DNA of 64,000 nucleotides from an uncultured delta proteobacterium (GTDB lineage: Bacteria; Desulfobacterota; Binatia; Binatales; Binataceae). Below, in pieces: positions 1 to 10,904 of this stretch. The notes under the pieces were generated by a model. It did no database searches, was not told the origin of the DNA, and saw only the letters and a program-made list of their open reading frames with translations. The stretch lies in contig CAWCDG010000004.1 in NCBI GenBank assembly GCA_963794325.1, positions 736,001-800,000 of the forward strand, given 5' to 3'. The position numbers were made by a program, and so were the translations under genes. Within the stretch, counting starts at the first letter, position 1. Each line of letters begins with the position of its first letter.

Positions 1-890
1 GGGCTTGCTTCGACCAGCGGAGTCAACGAGAAGCGCGATACTTCGGGCGGGCAGTTGATGCGGATTCTCAGCCAGAACGTACCCAGGCCGCGGTTGGTGT
101 AGATGTAAAAATCTTCGTAGCGATTCAGGCCCGAGTAGAATTCCTTGCCGATGCGCAGAATCGATTTCAGCGGCGATCCATAAAACGGAATTCGCACGAC
201 GCCGCCATGCGTGTGGCCGGAGAGCATCACGCCCGGCCGCAGGTGACGCGTGTACAGCGCGGTATCGGGATTGTGCGCGAGCACGATCGTGGCGTCGTCG
301 CTGTTGACGTCGCCGAACGCGCGAGCCGGCTCGGCGCGCCGCGACCACAAATCGTCGATGCCGACGACCATGAGTTTTTCGTTGCGCAAAAGGAGCCGGC
401 GGCTGTCGTTGGCAAGCACGTCGGCGCCAGCACGCTTGAGCGCTTCCGTGATCCGTTCGGCCGACGACCAGTGATCGTGATTGCCGAGGATCGCAAACAG
501 GCCGGACTTCGGCTGCAAATTCTTCAGCGCGTCGCGAAACGCGCCGAGGTAACGATGCATCGTGTCGGGGCCGGAAAAATAATCCCCGGTCAGAAAAATA
601 AGATCGGGCTGTTGCTCATTGATTGCTTCGACCGCTGACGCCAATCGCGCGAGGTCCTCGTCGCGATCGACGTGGAAGTCGCTTATCTGGCACGCGACGA
701 GTCCGCGCAACGCTTCGGGCAATCCGCGCACCGGCAGGTCCAGCGCCGACACTTGAATCTCGTCGATCGTCTTGCGCCACATGCGATGCAGCGGGCGCAG
801 CGCCAGCGGTGGCTTCGCCTTCACCCGGCCGCCGGTGTTCGAAACCGGCTTGTGCGCAGGCAATTCGTCTATTAATTCGGCGGTGGACAT
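1..890 (-). CDS. Calcineurin-like metallophosphoesterase (YkuE/YaeI-like), 3' end runs off the window
   Basis: Not in the ORF track because it has no stop in the window. Manual translation from ATG 890 gives SDFHVD, LTGDYF, ILGNHD, LAHNPD, LSGHTHGG, TNRGLG and RINCPPE motifs. Confidence 0.9.
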   Translation of the reverse strand, partial: MSTAELIDELPAHKPVSNTGGRVKAKPPLALRPLHRMWRKTIDEIQVSALDLPVRGLPEALRGLVACQISDFHVDRDEDLARLASAVEAINEQQPDLIFLTGDYFSGPDTMHRYLGAFRDALKNLQPKSGLFAILGNHDHWSSAERITEALKRAGADVLANDSRRLLLRNEKLMVVGIDDLWSRRAEPARAFGDVNSDDATIVLAHNPDTALYTRHLRPGVMLSGHTHGGVVRIPFYGSPLKSILRIGKEFYSGLNRYEDFYIYTNRGLGTFWLRIRINCPPEVSRFSLTPLVEAS

Positions 891-903
891 CGGAACGCTG
901 ATA

Positions 904-1608
904 CTAGAATACTTCGACCAGGCGGCGAAAGGAGCTTAGTTCGATAATCCTGTCGCCGGCGTCATTAATTTCTTCGTGCTCGAGTTCCCAGGTGTGCGGA
1001 TGTGGAATGAAAACCGCGCGTAGGCCCGCGGCAACGGCAGGATTGATGTCGGATCGCGGACTGTTGCCGATCATGAACGTCAATGACGGATCCAGATCCG
1101 CATCGCGCACCAAGCGGCGATAAGCATCGACGTCCTTCTCGCGCGGCGTCTCGACCCGATCGAACAGTGGCGCCAGTCCGGAGCGCGCGAGCTTTTGCAA
1201 CTGCTCGTCGCGCTGCCCCTTCGTGAACATGAGCAACCGATGACGCTGCGAAAGCTGCTGCAGCGTCGGCTCGACGTCAGGCAGCAACGCACAATCGCGC
1301 TCGAGCAGATGCGCGCCGATTTGCTCGATCGCCTCGCGCAGCCTTTCGTGACCCGCGGGCGCGAGTTCGGATGCCGCCTCATGCAACGCCCTGATATAAG
1401 GACGGCGCCCGTAACCATGCGTCTTGATCAGACGGATTTCCGCGCGTCGCACCGCGGCGTGAATCTCGATGCGAGACAGACCGAGGTCCGCGTCGCCGAC
1501 CGCCGCAGCGAAATGATCGAACGCCTCGAGAAAATGGATATTGGAATCCCAGAGCGTGTCGTCGGCGTCGAAAATGAGATTCAGGGAATCAGTCGCAGAA
1601 GAAAACAT
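904..1608 (-). CDS. HAD-superfamily hydrolase
   Basis: Motif I FDADDTLW, TKG, MIGNSPRSDINP. Confidence 0.9.
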   Translation of the reverse strand: MFSSATDSLNLIFDADDTLWDSNIHFLEAFDHFAAAVGDADLGLSRIEIHAAVRRAEIRLIKTHGYGRRPYIRALHEAASELAPAGHERLREAIEQIGAHLLERDCALLPDVEPTLQQLSQRHRLLMFTKGQRDEQLQKLARSGLAPLFDRVETPREKDVDAYRRLVRDADLDPSLTFMIGNSPRSDINPAVAAGLRAVFIPHPHTWELEHEEINDAGDRIIELSSFRRLVEVF

Positions 1609-1664
1609 CTACCTAAAGAGTACCGGCGCGCGCCGGGTCGGGCAATTGGCTGATCGCGAGCGAG

Positions 1665-2477
1665 CTATGCGCGCGTGTTCGGAAGTGCGGTCGGCAGAAC
1701 GATCAGCGCGCCGGTCGAGGGATTGCGGCCGACGTAAACGTCGGTCTCGTAAACGCGGCGCAGATTCTCGGCGGTGAGAACTTCAGCGGGAGTCCCGTAT
1801 GCGACCGCGGCGCCATCGGCGAGCAGCAGGATTCGATCAGCATAGAGCGCGGCGGCATTGAGATCGTGGAGCGTCGCGACCACCGCCATCCCGCGTTCGG
1901 CACACAGCTCGCGAAAGCGAGCGAAAATTTCCGCGACATGCTTGAGGTCGAGGAACGCGGTCGGCTCGTCGAGCAGCGCAACTTTCGGCTCCTGCGCCAG
2001 CGCGCGCGCGAGGAACACTCGCTTACGCTCGCCGCCGGACAATTCCTGAATGTGACGACTGGCGAGGTCGCGAAGGTCGAAGCGCTCGAGCGCGGCGGAT
2101 GCGATCTGCAGGTCGTGCGGGCTCTCGAAGCGGAAGGCACCGAGATGCGGCGCGCGTCCCATCAGCACGATTTCGAGAACCGTGAAGCGAAACGCGACCG
2201 CGTTTTCCTGCCCAACGGACGCAACCGTGCGCGCAAACTCGCGACGATCGATCGAATCGATCCGCTGGCCGAACAGTTCGACGTTTCCCGCGTTTGGCTT
2301 GATCGAGCCGCCGAGAACCTTCAGCAGCGTGGACTTGCCCGCGCCGTTCGGACCGACGATCGCGAGCATCTCGCCCGCCGCCACCTCGACCGACACGCCG
2401 TGCAGCACGGGGACGCCGGGATATCCGGCCTGAATCGCGATCGCCCGCATCGCGACTGTGTCCGGCGCTTTCGTCAT
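1665..2477 (-). CDS. Cobalamin/Fe-siderophore/heme ABC transporter ATPase (BtuD/FecE/HmuV-like)
   Basis: GPNGAGKST, LSGGE, LLDEPT, LHDLN; overlaps the permease stop. Confidence 0.93.
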   Translation of the reverse strand: MTKAPDTVAMRAIAIQAGYPGVPVLHGVSVEVAAGEMLAIVGPNGAGKSTLLKVLGGSIKPNAGNVELFGQRIDSIDRREFARTVASVGQENAVAFRFTVLEIVLMGRAPHLGAFRFESPHDLQIASAALERFDLRDLASRHIQELSGGERKRVFLARALAQEPKVALLDEPTAFLDLKHVAEIFARFRELCAERGMAVVATLHDLNAAALYADRILLLADGAAVAYGTPAEVLTAENLRRVYETDVYVGRNPSTGALIVLPTALPNTRA

Positions 2478-3511
2478 AGCGAGAGCGGTCTCCGGCCTTC
2501 GCGGCGCAGCATATAGATGAAGAACGGGCCGCCGCAGAGCGCGGTGATAGCCCCGACCGGGATTTCGGCCGGCGCGATTGCGACGCGCGCAATCAAGTCG
2601 GCGCCGACCATGAACGCGGCGCCTCCGATCAACGACGCCGGCAGCAGGAGCCGATGATCCGCGCCGAACACCAGTCGCAAAGTGTGCGGAACGATCAGTC
2701 CGACGAACGAAATTATTCCGCTGACGGAAACCGCGGCGCCGATCATTACTGACGTCGCGACGAAAATTATGCGGCGGAGCCGGTCCACGTCGACGCCGAG
2801 TTCGGCGGCGGATTCGTCGCCAAGACTGAGCAGGTTGAGATCGCGAGCGTGGTACATCAGAACGCCGAAGCCAACCAGTCCCAACCCCGCGACCATCGCA
2901 ACCTCATGATAAGTCGGCGCCTCGAGGCTGCCCATCAGCCAGAACAGGATGCTGTGCGCGTAATAAAAATTCACGACGCTGTTCACCAGCATGATCGCCG
3001 CGCCCCAGAACGCGTTGAAAATGACGCCGACCAGCAACAGCGTGAACGGCTCGAGCTGTCCGTCAACCATCGCGAGCCGGTACACGGCGACGGTCGAGAG
3101 CAACGCCGCTCCGAATGCGCATAGCGGGACGGTCGCCTCGCCGCCGCCGATTTTGGCCGACAGCACGAGCGCGAGAATCGCGCCGAGCGCGCCGCCGCCC
3201 GAAATTCCGAGGATGCCGCCTTCGGCCAGCGGATTTCTCACGAGGGCTTGCAGAGCCGTTCCGACTGCCGCCAGCAGCGCGCCGACAATCACTCCCATCA
3301 TCACGCGCGGCAGTCGAGCGGCGAAAAAGATTGCATGATCAGAACTGTCAGGATCGGAAAAAGCGCGTAGCAGGCTGATATGCGCGGTGCCAAATAACAG
3401 ACCCGCGATCGCGCAAACGATCAGCAAAATGGTGAGCGCGCCGAGGATCGAAAACAGCCGCGTGCGCGTCAGATGAGCGGCGGGCGCGGGCTTGCTCGCG
3501 GCCGCATTCAT
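2474..3511 (-). CDS. FecCD/BtuC-family ABC permease
   Basis: RLPR, RNPLA, LG-x-ESAAELGV, FVGLIVPH, GGPFF; ATG 3511 overlaps the upstream stop. Confidence 0.93.
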   Translation of the reverse strand: MNAAASKPAPAAHLTRTRLFSILGALTILLIVCAIAGLLFGTAHISLLRAFSDPDSSDHAIFFAARLPRVMMGVIVGALLAAVGTALQALVRNPLAEGGILGISGGGALGAILALVLSAKIGGGEATVPLCAFGAALLSTVAVYRLAMVDGQLEPFTLLLVGVIFNAFWGAAIMLVNSVVNFYYAHSILFWLMGSLEAPTYHEVAMVAGLGLVGFGVLMYHARDLNLLSLGDESAAELGVDVDRLRRIIFVATSVMIGAAVSVSGIISFVGLIVPHTLRLVFGADHRLLLPASLIGGAAFMVGADLIARVAIAPAEIPVGAITALCGGPFFIYMLRREGRRPLSL

Positions 3512-4368
3512 TTGTCGACACCCGTGGGCCATGCTTCGGGATGAACTTTTCGCGCGATTATTTCGAGCGACTGTCCTACGCGCGGGCCCGCGTGCAGCAT
3601 CGGATTTTCAGCGTAACCGTACACGCGATGATCGCGCACCGCGGGAATCGTCGGATACTTTTCCCAGAAATCATTCGACGACCTGGAATCGGTACCCATC
3701 GCGCCATCGAGGATAACCTCTGGGCGCATCGCTATGATGAATTCCATGCTGAGATGCGGCCACTGCTCGCCTGCGGCGTCGACAATGTTGTCGGCGCGCG
3801 CGATGCGCATGAGCTCGTCGAGGTAGGTGCCGGGGCCAACCGCGACAATCGGCTGATGACCGACGAGCATCAACGCGCGCACCGGCTTTGCGTTCGTCAG
3901 ACGTTCCTGGACCGCGGCGATTTGCGCTTGAATCTGCGCGACGAGGCGATGCGCTTCGGTTTCGCGATCGATTCGAGCCCCCACTTTTTCAATACTGTTT
4001 TCGATCTGTTGCAAAGAGTCGTCGCTAACCAGCAGCACCGGATAGCCCATCGAATTCAACGCGCGAATCTGGCGCACGTCCGACGACAGTTCAAGCCCGA
4101 CGATCAGCGTTGGGCGCAGCGCGATGATCGCTTCCAGATTCGGCGTCAGAAACGATCCAACCCGCGGTAGTTCGCGCACCTGCGGCGGATAGTCGCAGTA
4201 CTGCGATACGCCGACGACCTCGGGACCGGCGCCAAGCGCGAACAGAATCTCCGTCACACTTGGCGCGAGCGACACGATTCGCGTTTGCGCGGCCGCGTGT
4301 GCCGGCGAGGCGAGCGTCAGTGCGAACACGCAGAGCGCGGCGGCGGCCGCCAGTCGAGGAAAAGCCAC
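3508..4368 (-). CDS. Periplasmic cobalamin/Fe-complex binding protein (BtuF-like)
   Basis: Signal peptide ending AHA, RIVSLAPSVTE, GVSQYCDYP, C-terminal GPR. Confidence 0.88.
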   Translation of the reverse strand: MAFPRLAAAAALCVFALTLASPAHAAAQTRIVSLAPSVTEILFALGAGPEVVGVSQYCDYPPQVRELPRVGSFLTPNLEAIIALRPTLIVGLELSSDVRQIRALNSMGYPVLLVSDDSLQQIENSIEKVGARIDRETEAHRLVAQIQAQIAAVQERLTNAKPVRALMLVGHQPIVAVGPGTYLDELMRIARADNIVDAAGEQWPHLSMEFIIAMRPEVILDGAMGTDSRSSNDFWEKYPTIPAVRDHRVYGYAENPMLHAGPRVGQSLEIIARKVHPEAWPTGVDK

Positions 4369-4472
4369 ATCGCGAAACTACCTGATCCAATCGACGCCCG
4401 TAAGCCACCTTCGCGGTTTGTTGCATCCTCGCGATGCGCTCAACTAGCCTCGTCGGAACGAGGAATATCGCT

Positions 4473-6296
4473 GTGCTCAAGATTGCCGTTTGCATCAAGC
4501 AGATTCCGCTGATCGAGGAAGCCAACTTCGACGCGACGACCCGGACGATCAAGCGCGATGGACCCAACGTGATCAGCGCATTCGATCTGCGCGCGATTTC
4601 GCTCGCCGTCGAGCTGAAAAATCGACACGGCGCGGAGACTACGGTCGTCACGATGGGACCGCCGCAGGCGCGGGGTGCGCTGGTCGATGCGCTCGCGATG
4701 GGAATGGATCACGCGGTGCACCTTGAAGATCGGGCGTTCGCCGGATCGGACACGCTCGCAACGGCGCGTGCGCTCGCGCTGTGGCTGGCGCGCGGAAACT
4801 TCGACCTCATCATGCTCGGCAAGTATTCGCTGGATGCGGAGACGGGGCAGGTCGGTCCCGAGATCGCGGAACTGATCGGCGCTGCGCAAATCACCGGAGC
4901 GCGCAAGCTGGAGATAGAAGGCCGCAAACTCCGCGCCGAACGCGAGAGCGACGAAGGATTCGACGAGGTCGAGGCCGCGATGCCCGCGGTCATCACCTGC
5001 GCCGAGCGCGTCGCGCAGCCGGTCAAGGTGAAGCCCGGCGCTTCCGATGAAGCGGCGACCAAGCCGATTCAGGTTGTGCGCGCGGCGGAGCTCGGCGCCG
5101 ACGCGAAGCAATTCGGGTTTGCCGGATCGCCGACCTGGGTGCAGGAGGTTCGCGTCGTCGAGACGCCGAAGACCGAATGCAAATTTATCGACGCGCGTGA
5201 TGCCGAACGCGCTGCGACCGAAGTGATCTCGGCGCTCGAATCAATCGGTGCGCTCGAACCACGCGTTCACGATCGACGCGCGATCGGATCGGCGCGTCGC
5301 GCGAGCAAACGCGATCGCGACGTGTGGATTATTTGCGAGACTGACCTTGAAGGGCACGTCACGCGCGGCACACTCGAGCTGCTTTCACGCGGCGACGAAC
5401 TCGCGTCGCGCTTAGGCGGCGCGCTGGTCGCAATCGGCATCGACAACACTGTCTCGCGGCACTCAGGATTGCTCGCGAGTTTCGGCGCCGACCAGGTGAT
5501 AACGATCGATAATCCTGCGCTGAGTTCGTACGCGCCGGAAACTGCGGCGGAGGCTGTCGCGAAAATCGTTTCGACCCACGCGCCGTGGGGGATTTTGATT
5601 GGCGCGACCGAGCGCGGGCGCGATTGGGGACCTCGGCTGGCCGCGCGGCTGAATCTCGGACTGACCGGAGATGCGATCGATATCGAGCTCGACTCGGAGA
5701 ATCGGATGGTCGCGCTCAAGCCCGCCTTCGGCGGCAACATCGTCGCGCCGATTTACTCGAAGACGTTTCCGCAGATGGCGACAGTGCGCCCCGGCGTGCT
5801 CGAGCTCGCGCGCGCCGTCGGAAGCCAAGCGGGCAGAAGTTCAGACGATGCGCGTCGAGATTGACTCGCCGAAAAGCCGGCTCATAAAAGCGCACTCGAC
5901 TCTCGATCCGACCATTGTCCCACTCGAAGGCGCCGAAGTTGTCGTCGGTATCGGCACTGGAGTCGGCGGGCCCGAAGGCGTCGCGAGAGTCGCCGCGTTC
6001 GCGCGCGTGCTCGGCGCAGCGATGTGCGCGACTCGCCGCGTGACCGATCAAGGATGGGTGCCGCGCCAGTTGCAGGTCGGGCTTACCGGTAAGTCGATCG
6101 ATCCGCGATTGTATATTGCGGTTGGAGTGCGCGGCGCGCCCAACCATACCTGCGGACTGAAACGCGCACTGACCGTCGTCGCCATCAACAACGACACCGA
6201 CGCGCTAATCTTCGAGCGCGCGAATATTGGCCTGGTCGCTGATTGGCAGAGCATCCTGCCTGCCCTGCAGGACGCCTTCCAGCGGCGGCTGCGTGA
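4473..6296 (+). CDS. Fused electron transfer flavoprotein beta-alpha, with apparent frameshifts at ~5815 and ~6290
   Basis: GTG 4473 after GAGGA. The ETF-beta motifs (CIKQIP, TMGP, AGSDTLATA, ETGQVG) and ETF-alpha N-domain (KPAFGGN, ATVRPG) lie in one frame. The FAD domain (ATRRVTD, QVGLTG, GVRGAPNH, AINND) follows in the next frame. A likely TGA at 6294-6296 is out of frame. Confidence 0.8.
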
Positions 6297-6343
6297 GACG
6301 CGAGCATGCGAGGGAATCTCTCAGGAGGGGGACAATCGAGATT

Positions 6344-7424
6344 CTATGCGCGGATTTCGTAGAGCGCCGAAAAAAGATCCTCGATCGGCAAGCCGACGAA
6401 AATGCTTGAAACCCGCGCCCGCGACCAGCTCGCGCGCCTTCGCCTCGCCCATGCATGCGCCGATTCCCGCGCCGCCGTGCGCGAGCGACACCGTCATGCA
6501 GTACAGCGTGCTCATCGAGTACATCATGCGGCCCATCGGGTTGATGTTGTCCTCGAGCTTCGACGAGACGTTCACCTCGACCATCAGGTACGTGCCGTCG
6601 GGCTTGAGCGCGGTGCGAATCGATTTCAGCAGCGCGTCGGGATCGACGGAATCGTGCACCACGTCGAAGGTCGAGATGAAATCAAACTGCGCAGCCGGCA
6701 GCCGGGTGCAATCAACGACCTCAAATTTGATCCGATCGCCGAGCCCGGCGGCCTGCGCATTTGCCCGCGCGCGCTCGAGCGATCCCTCATGCGCGTCGAA
6801 GCCGAAAACTTTCGCCTTGGGAAATGCCGACGCGATCGCGATCGCCGCTCGTCCGCTCCCACAGCCAACGTCCAGCGACGAGCCACCTTCAGTGAGCTTC
6901 GCGACGAGCTGCGGCATCGCGGGCAGCCACTTGCGAATCAACGAATGCCGGTACATCGAGGCTGACGAACGCTCCATCGCCTCCCACGTCTCCGGCGGAT
7001 ACTCGCTTTGCGAAACGCCGCGCCCGTTCTTGAATGACTCGAGCACCTTGGGCGCGATCGACATCTGCGGAACGATCATTTCGATGAACCCGCCGGCGAA
7101 GAATGGCGAGTCATCGCGCGCCAGCACCATCGCGTGCTCAGCCGGCATCGCGTAGGTCTTTGCCGCGGCGTCGTAGTTCACGTATCCGGCCGCCGTCATC
7201 GCGCCGAGCCATTCGCGCAGGTAGCGCTCGCTCAGTCCGGTTTTTTCCGCGAGTTGCGCGCTCGTGACGGCGCCCGCTCCGGCCAGCGCGCTGAAGATTC
7301 CGAGCCGGTCGCCGATATAACTCAGCGCACCAAGCATCGCGGCCCCGATGTCATTCGATACCTGCTTCGAGAACTTTTTTATCTTGTCCCAGTCGAGCTG
7401 CTGCTTTTCGTTTTCGTGGGCCAT
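6344..7424 (-). CDS. Class I SAM methyltransferase with N-terminal winged helix (Rv2258c-like); apparent +1 frameshift at ~6391
   Basis: GGAGGA RBS, ERYLREWL, LDVGCGSG, FDVVHD, STLYC. Removing one base gives the natural ending RLPIEDLFSALYEIRA*. Confidence 0.85.
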
Positions 7425-7472
7425 CTGATTCCTCCGCAGACCGGCAGTATCGATCAATTCAAGCCTCGGCGG

Positions 7473-9815
7473 CTAGACCTCGGGCTCGATAGTTGGTTCT
7501 TCGGGTTTCGCCGGCTGCGCGCCGAACAAGGATAGCTGAGCGGGATTCTCATTTGTCTCGACGACTGGAACGAACAGGCCAGGCTTCTCGACAAAGATAC
7601 GAAATTTTTCGTAAAGGTCGGCGAGCTTGTACTGATAGTACTCGACGTTTTCGTCGGGATTCTGCGGATCGTATTCCGCCGCCATTTTGGCAAGCGCGTT
7701 CACGCTCGACGTCGCGCGACGCCCGGTGACGTAATACGAAATCTGGTCGCCGGGCAGGTACGGCCGCTCGGCCTTGAGCGCCAACTCGTACGCAGCCGCG
7801 AGGTTGCGGCTGTTGTCGCCGATCTTGCCGCGATAAGTGTCGAGCGAATCCTGCAGCGTCTCGGTTTTCATCAGATCGGAGATTCCGATTTCGTGGCGCG
7901 CGAGCCGCGTTTGATATTCGTCAAGAAGTTTCGGAATCTCGTCGCGCCGTTCCTCGAGCAGCATCCGGAACATCTGCTCCATGAAGCGGCGCTGGAAGCG
8001 TTCGAGTCCGCGCGAGCGCAGGCCTGAGCCGCGAATCGTCATCTTTCCCGCGCCATCCTGCAGGACGTAATTTTTCATTTTGTAGGAGAACATCGCCGCG
8101 TAACGGCCGTCTATCTCCAGCCGGATTCCTTCCGGCATGATTGCGCCGACCTGCTCCAGGAGCCGTTCTGCGCTCTTCTCATCGGAAGCATTTGCGGGCG
8201 GCACGAAGTAGATTCCGTCGGTATCGACTTCGATAACCTGCGCGCCGCGCTCCTCGAGTTCCGCGACCGCGCGCTGAATCAGATCGCGTCCACGCTTGGT
8301 CAGAGCGTTGGCTTCGCCGAAGTCATTAAAATGTCCGAGCGAAAATCCGAGGTAGCCGTAGAACGAATTGATGAGAATCTTGAACGTTAGCTGAAGCGCG
8401 TCGGCGTTGCGGCGCTCGGTGCCCGAGAGCTCGCGCGCGAGCGCCTTGGCCTGCACGCGGAAGCTGCGCAGATCGCCGAGCAGTTTCAGGAACACGCCGA
8501 GATGATCGGCAGCCGGCGCATGCCGATATTGCAGCATCAACGACGGATACAGCGAGGTCACGTCGCAGTGCAGGACATTGTGCGCGACGCCGCATCGGCG
8601 AACCTCGGTGTATCCGCCGGCGACCGGCGCCGGCTCGGACGGCTCGGGAATTGAATGTCCCGCGGCCAGGTACGCACGCATCATCAGCGCGTTGATCTTG
8701 GTCGCATTCCCGCGCAACACCGCACTCTGATACGAGTACGGAAAAATCTGCGCCTGCACGAAGTAACTGGGAGAGAGTGTCTCGGCGAGCGCACGAGTCT
8801 CGCGCGCATCGTCGAGCGCGTATTCGTAGAGCTTCTCGGGCTCGTGCTCGAAGTAGTGGCTGATTTTCGACGCGTCGATGTAAACGCGATCTTTGCGCGC
8901 GAGTCCAAAGTGTTGCGCGAGCTGCTTTAACCCCAAGCTTTCGAGTTCGCGGCTCGAGATGTCGTAGTGCTGCGCGAGAATCCACGTATCTATGATGTTG
9001 CGGCCCGGGATGTCGTAACGGCGATAGGCGATCGAGCGTTCCGCAATTTGCATCCGCGATGGACGCGCGCGAAGTTCGCCGCCGTCACGCCCCAGCTTCA
9101 GCGGCACTCGATGGCGTCGCGCGCGAGTCTCCAGGTATTCGAGATCGAAGCGAAACAGGTTGTGCCCCTCGACCACATCGGGATCGCGCTCCTGGATGAC
9201 GCGCACCATCTCCTCGAGCATCGCCCGCTCGTCCATCTCGGTGCCCTTGAGCAGGCGCTCGAAACCAGTCGAGTCGGTCAGTGAGATCGCGATGACCCGA
9301 TCGCCCTCGCGCGCCGCCGACGGAAATTCAAAACCCGGTGAGATGTAGGTCTCGATATCAAGCTGCAGCCGGCGCAACTCGGCGAAATCCATCCCGATGA
9401 AAAACGTCGTCCCTGACAGCATCAGGTGCTGCTCGACCGGATCCGCGAGCACCAGATATGGCGCGTCGGGCGCGTTGGGCGGTTTGTTGGTGACGTTCCT
9501 GAGATGGCGCTTACTGGCTTCCAGAGCCTCGATCGAGGCGAAGGTGACAAGAATCCTGTAGCGGAAATCGCCTTCGAGCACGCGCGTCTCATGCGGCGCT
9601 TTGAAGCCTTCGAGCAGCGCAACGTTCTCCACCAGCGCGAACAATCGAATCGGACGGCGCTCGCGTGTCAGCTTGCCAACGAGTCGCTTGTACACGTCGA
9701 TTTCGGTCTTCGATGCCACCTCGACCGCGACCACGCCCCGGTCGGCTGGATCGCCGAACAGCAAGCGGTTGCTGTAAAACTGCGCCGAAATTTCCTGGTA
9801 TGTTTTCGTTGTCAT
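7473..9815 (-). CDS. Family-B DNA polymerase with 3'-5' exonuclease domain
   Basis: ExoI LDIET, ExoII GHNLFRFD, ExoIII YALDD, motif A DVTSLYPS, motif B KILINSFYG, motif C VDTDG, KMKNY. Confidence 0.92.
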   Translation of the reverse strand: MTTKTYQEISAQFYSNRLLFGDPADRGVVAVEVASKTEIDVYKRLVGKLTRERRPIRLFALVENVALLEGFKAPHETRVLEGDFRYRILVTFASIEALEASKRHLRNVTNKPPNAPDAPYLVLADPVEQHLMLSGTTFFIGMDFAELRRLQLDIETYISPGFEFPSAAREGDRVIAISLTDSTGFERLLKGTEMDERAMLEEMVRVIQERDPDVVEGHNLFRFDLEYLETRARRHRVPLKLGRDGGELRARPSRMQIAERSIAYRRYDIPGRNIIDTWILAQHYDISSRELESLGLKQLAQHFGLARKDRVYIDASKISHYFEHEPEKLYEYALDDARETRALAETLSPSYFVQAQIFPYSYQSAVLRGNATKINALMMRAYLAAGHSIPEPSEPAPVAGGYTEVRRCGVAHNVLHCDVTSLYPSLMLQYRHAPAADHLGVFLKLLGDLRSFRVQAKALARELSGTERRNADALQLTFKILINSFYGYLGFSLGHFNDFGEANALTKRGRDLIQRAVAELEERGAQVIEVDTDGIYFVPPANASDEKSAERLLEQVGAIMPEGIRLEIDGRYAAMFSYKMKNYVLQDGAGKMTIRGSGLRSRGLERFQRRFMEQMFRMLLEERRDEIPKLLDEYQTRLARHEIGISDLMKTETLQDSLDTYRGKIGDNSRNLAAAYELALKAERPYLPGDQISYYVTGRRATSSVNALAKMAAEYDPQNPDENVEYYQYKLADLYEKFRIFVEKPGLFVPVVETNENPAQLSLFGAQPAKPEEPTIEPEV

Positions 9816-9884
9816 CGCGATCCGCGTCTCTCGATTGTGCACCAGCGCACTCGCCTCAGACAACGCGTCCGCGCGAACAAGATT

Positions 9885-10904
9885 TCAGAACGCGCCGAGG
9901 TATCCGAGACCAATCAGAAAAATCGCGTACGCTGCTCCGCCGATCATCAGCGTCGGAGTTCGGAGCTCAGCGTCGCGCAGGTTGATATACAGAATCACCA
10001 CTGATACCAGCGCGATCGATCCCGCGAGCAGCTCCGGATTCGTCAGATGCCACGGCGAATACGCGAGCCCGAGCGCAACCGGGATGCACGACTGGAAGAC
10101 CATCGCGCCCGTGATATTGGCGAGCGCGAGGTGGTCCTTGCCCTGCCGAATCCAGACAACAGAGTTGTACTTCTCGGGCAGTTCGGTCGCGAGCGGGCTC
10201 AAGATGAGCGAGAGCACGCCGGGATTCAGATGCGCATGCGCCGAGAACAGAATGATCTGATCGACGAACTCGACGGCTCCTAGCAGGATCGCGAGCACGC
10301 CCACGGTTACTTGCGCGGCGATCGCAAATCCGCGCGGCTCGAGCGGATCGCCGCGGAAGATCGACTCGAAATAAAGTCCGTGCTCGAGCTCAACCCCGGC
10401 CGCGCGCTTGAGCCTCAGCATCACGACCGAATAGCTCGCGTACACGATCAACAACGCTACCGCGAGCACATGGCGAACGACCGGTCCCAGGTCGAGGGTG
10501 CCTGCGATCACCAGGCACAAAAAAACCGGAAAGAAAAATGCGAGGTCCCTGCGCGCGTCCTCCCGCACCACTCGCAGCACGATTCGTCCGCGACGTTTGC
10601 GAAACGCGATCGCCGCCGTGCCCATCACAAACAGTGCGATGGTGGACAGCATCAGCGGTGCGCCGACTATCGCGCCGAGTCCGACTGCGGTGTGCGCGGC
10701 GGCGGAATCGCGCCCGCTCAGTAGCGCGACGGCCGGAACGAACGTCTCGGGCAGCGCGGTTCCGACTGCGGCGAGCAAACTCCCGACGGCGGCCTCGGCG
10801 ATATGCAATCGATGCCCGGCCCATTCGACGCCGTTGGTAAAAAGTTCCGAGCCTACAAGAATTATCCCGAAGCTGAAGGCTAGGATTATTGCGTGGATTG
10901 CCAA
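9885..10904 (-). CDS. Ca2+/cation antiporter (CaCA, YrbG-like)
   Basis: Alpha repeats GTALPE and ATELPE; about 10 TM segments. Confidence 0.88.
   Translation of the reverse strand: MAIHAIILAFSFGIILVGSELFTNGVEWAGHRLHIAEAAVGSLLAAVGTALPETFVPAVALLSGRDSAAAHTAVGLGAIVGAPLMLSTIALFVMGTAAIAFRKRRGRIVLRVVREDARRDLAFFFPVFLCLVIAGTLDLGPVVRHVLAVALLIVYASYSVVMLRLKRAAGVELEHGLYFESIFRGDPLEPRGFAIAAQVTVGVLAILLGAVEFVDQIILFSAHAHLNPGVLSLILSPLATELPEKYNSVVWIRQGKDHLALANITGAMVFQSCIPVALGLAYSPWHLTNPELLAGSIALVSVVILYINLRDAELRTPTLMIGGAAYAIFLIGLGYLGAF

Noticed and set aside
4369-4472. Cobalamin riboswitch upstream of the BtuF-like operon
   Set aside because: Only ~100 bp and no B12-box or conserved core, so the substrate stays uncertain.
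5671-7155. 494-aa ORF overlapping the methyltransferase
   Set aside because: Only ~5815-6290 is real (ETF-alpha C-domain); the rest is run-on caused by a probable indel at the stop.
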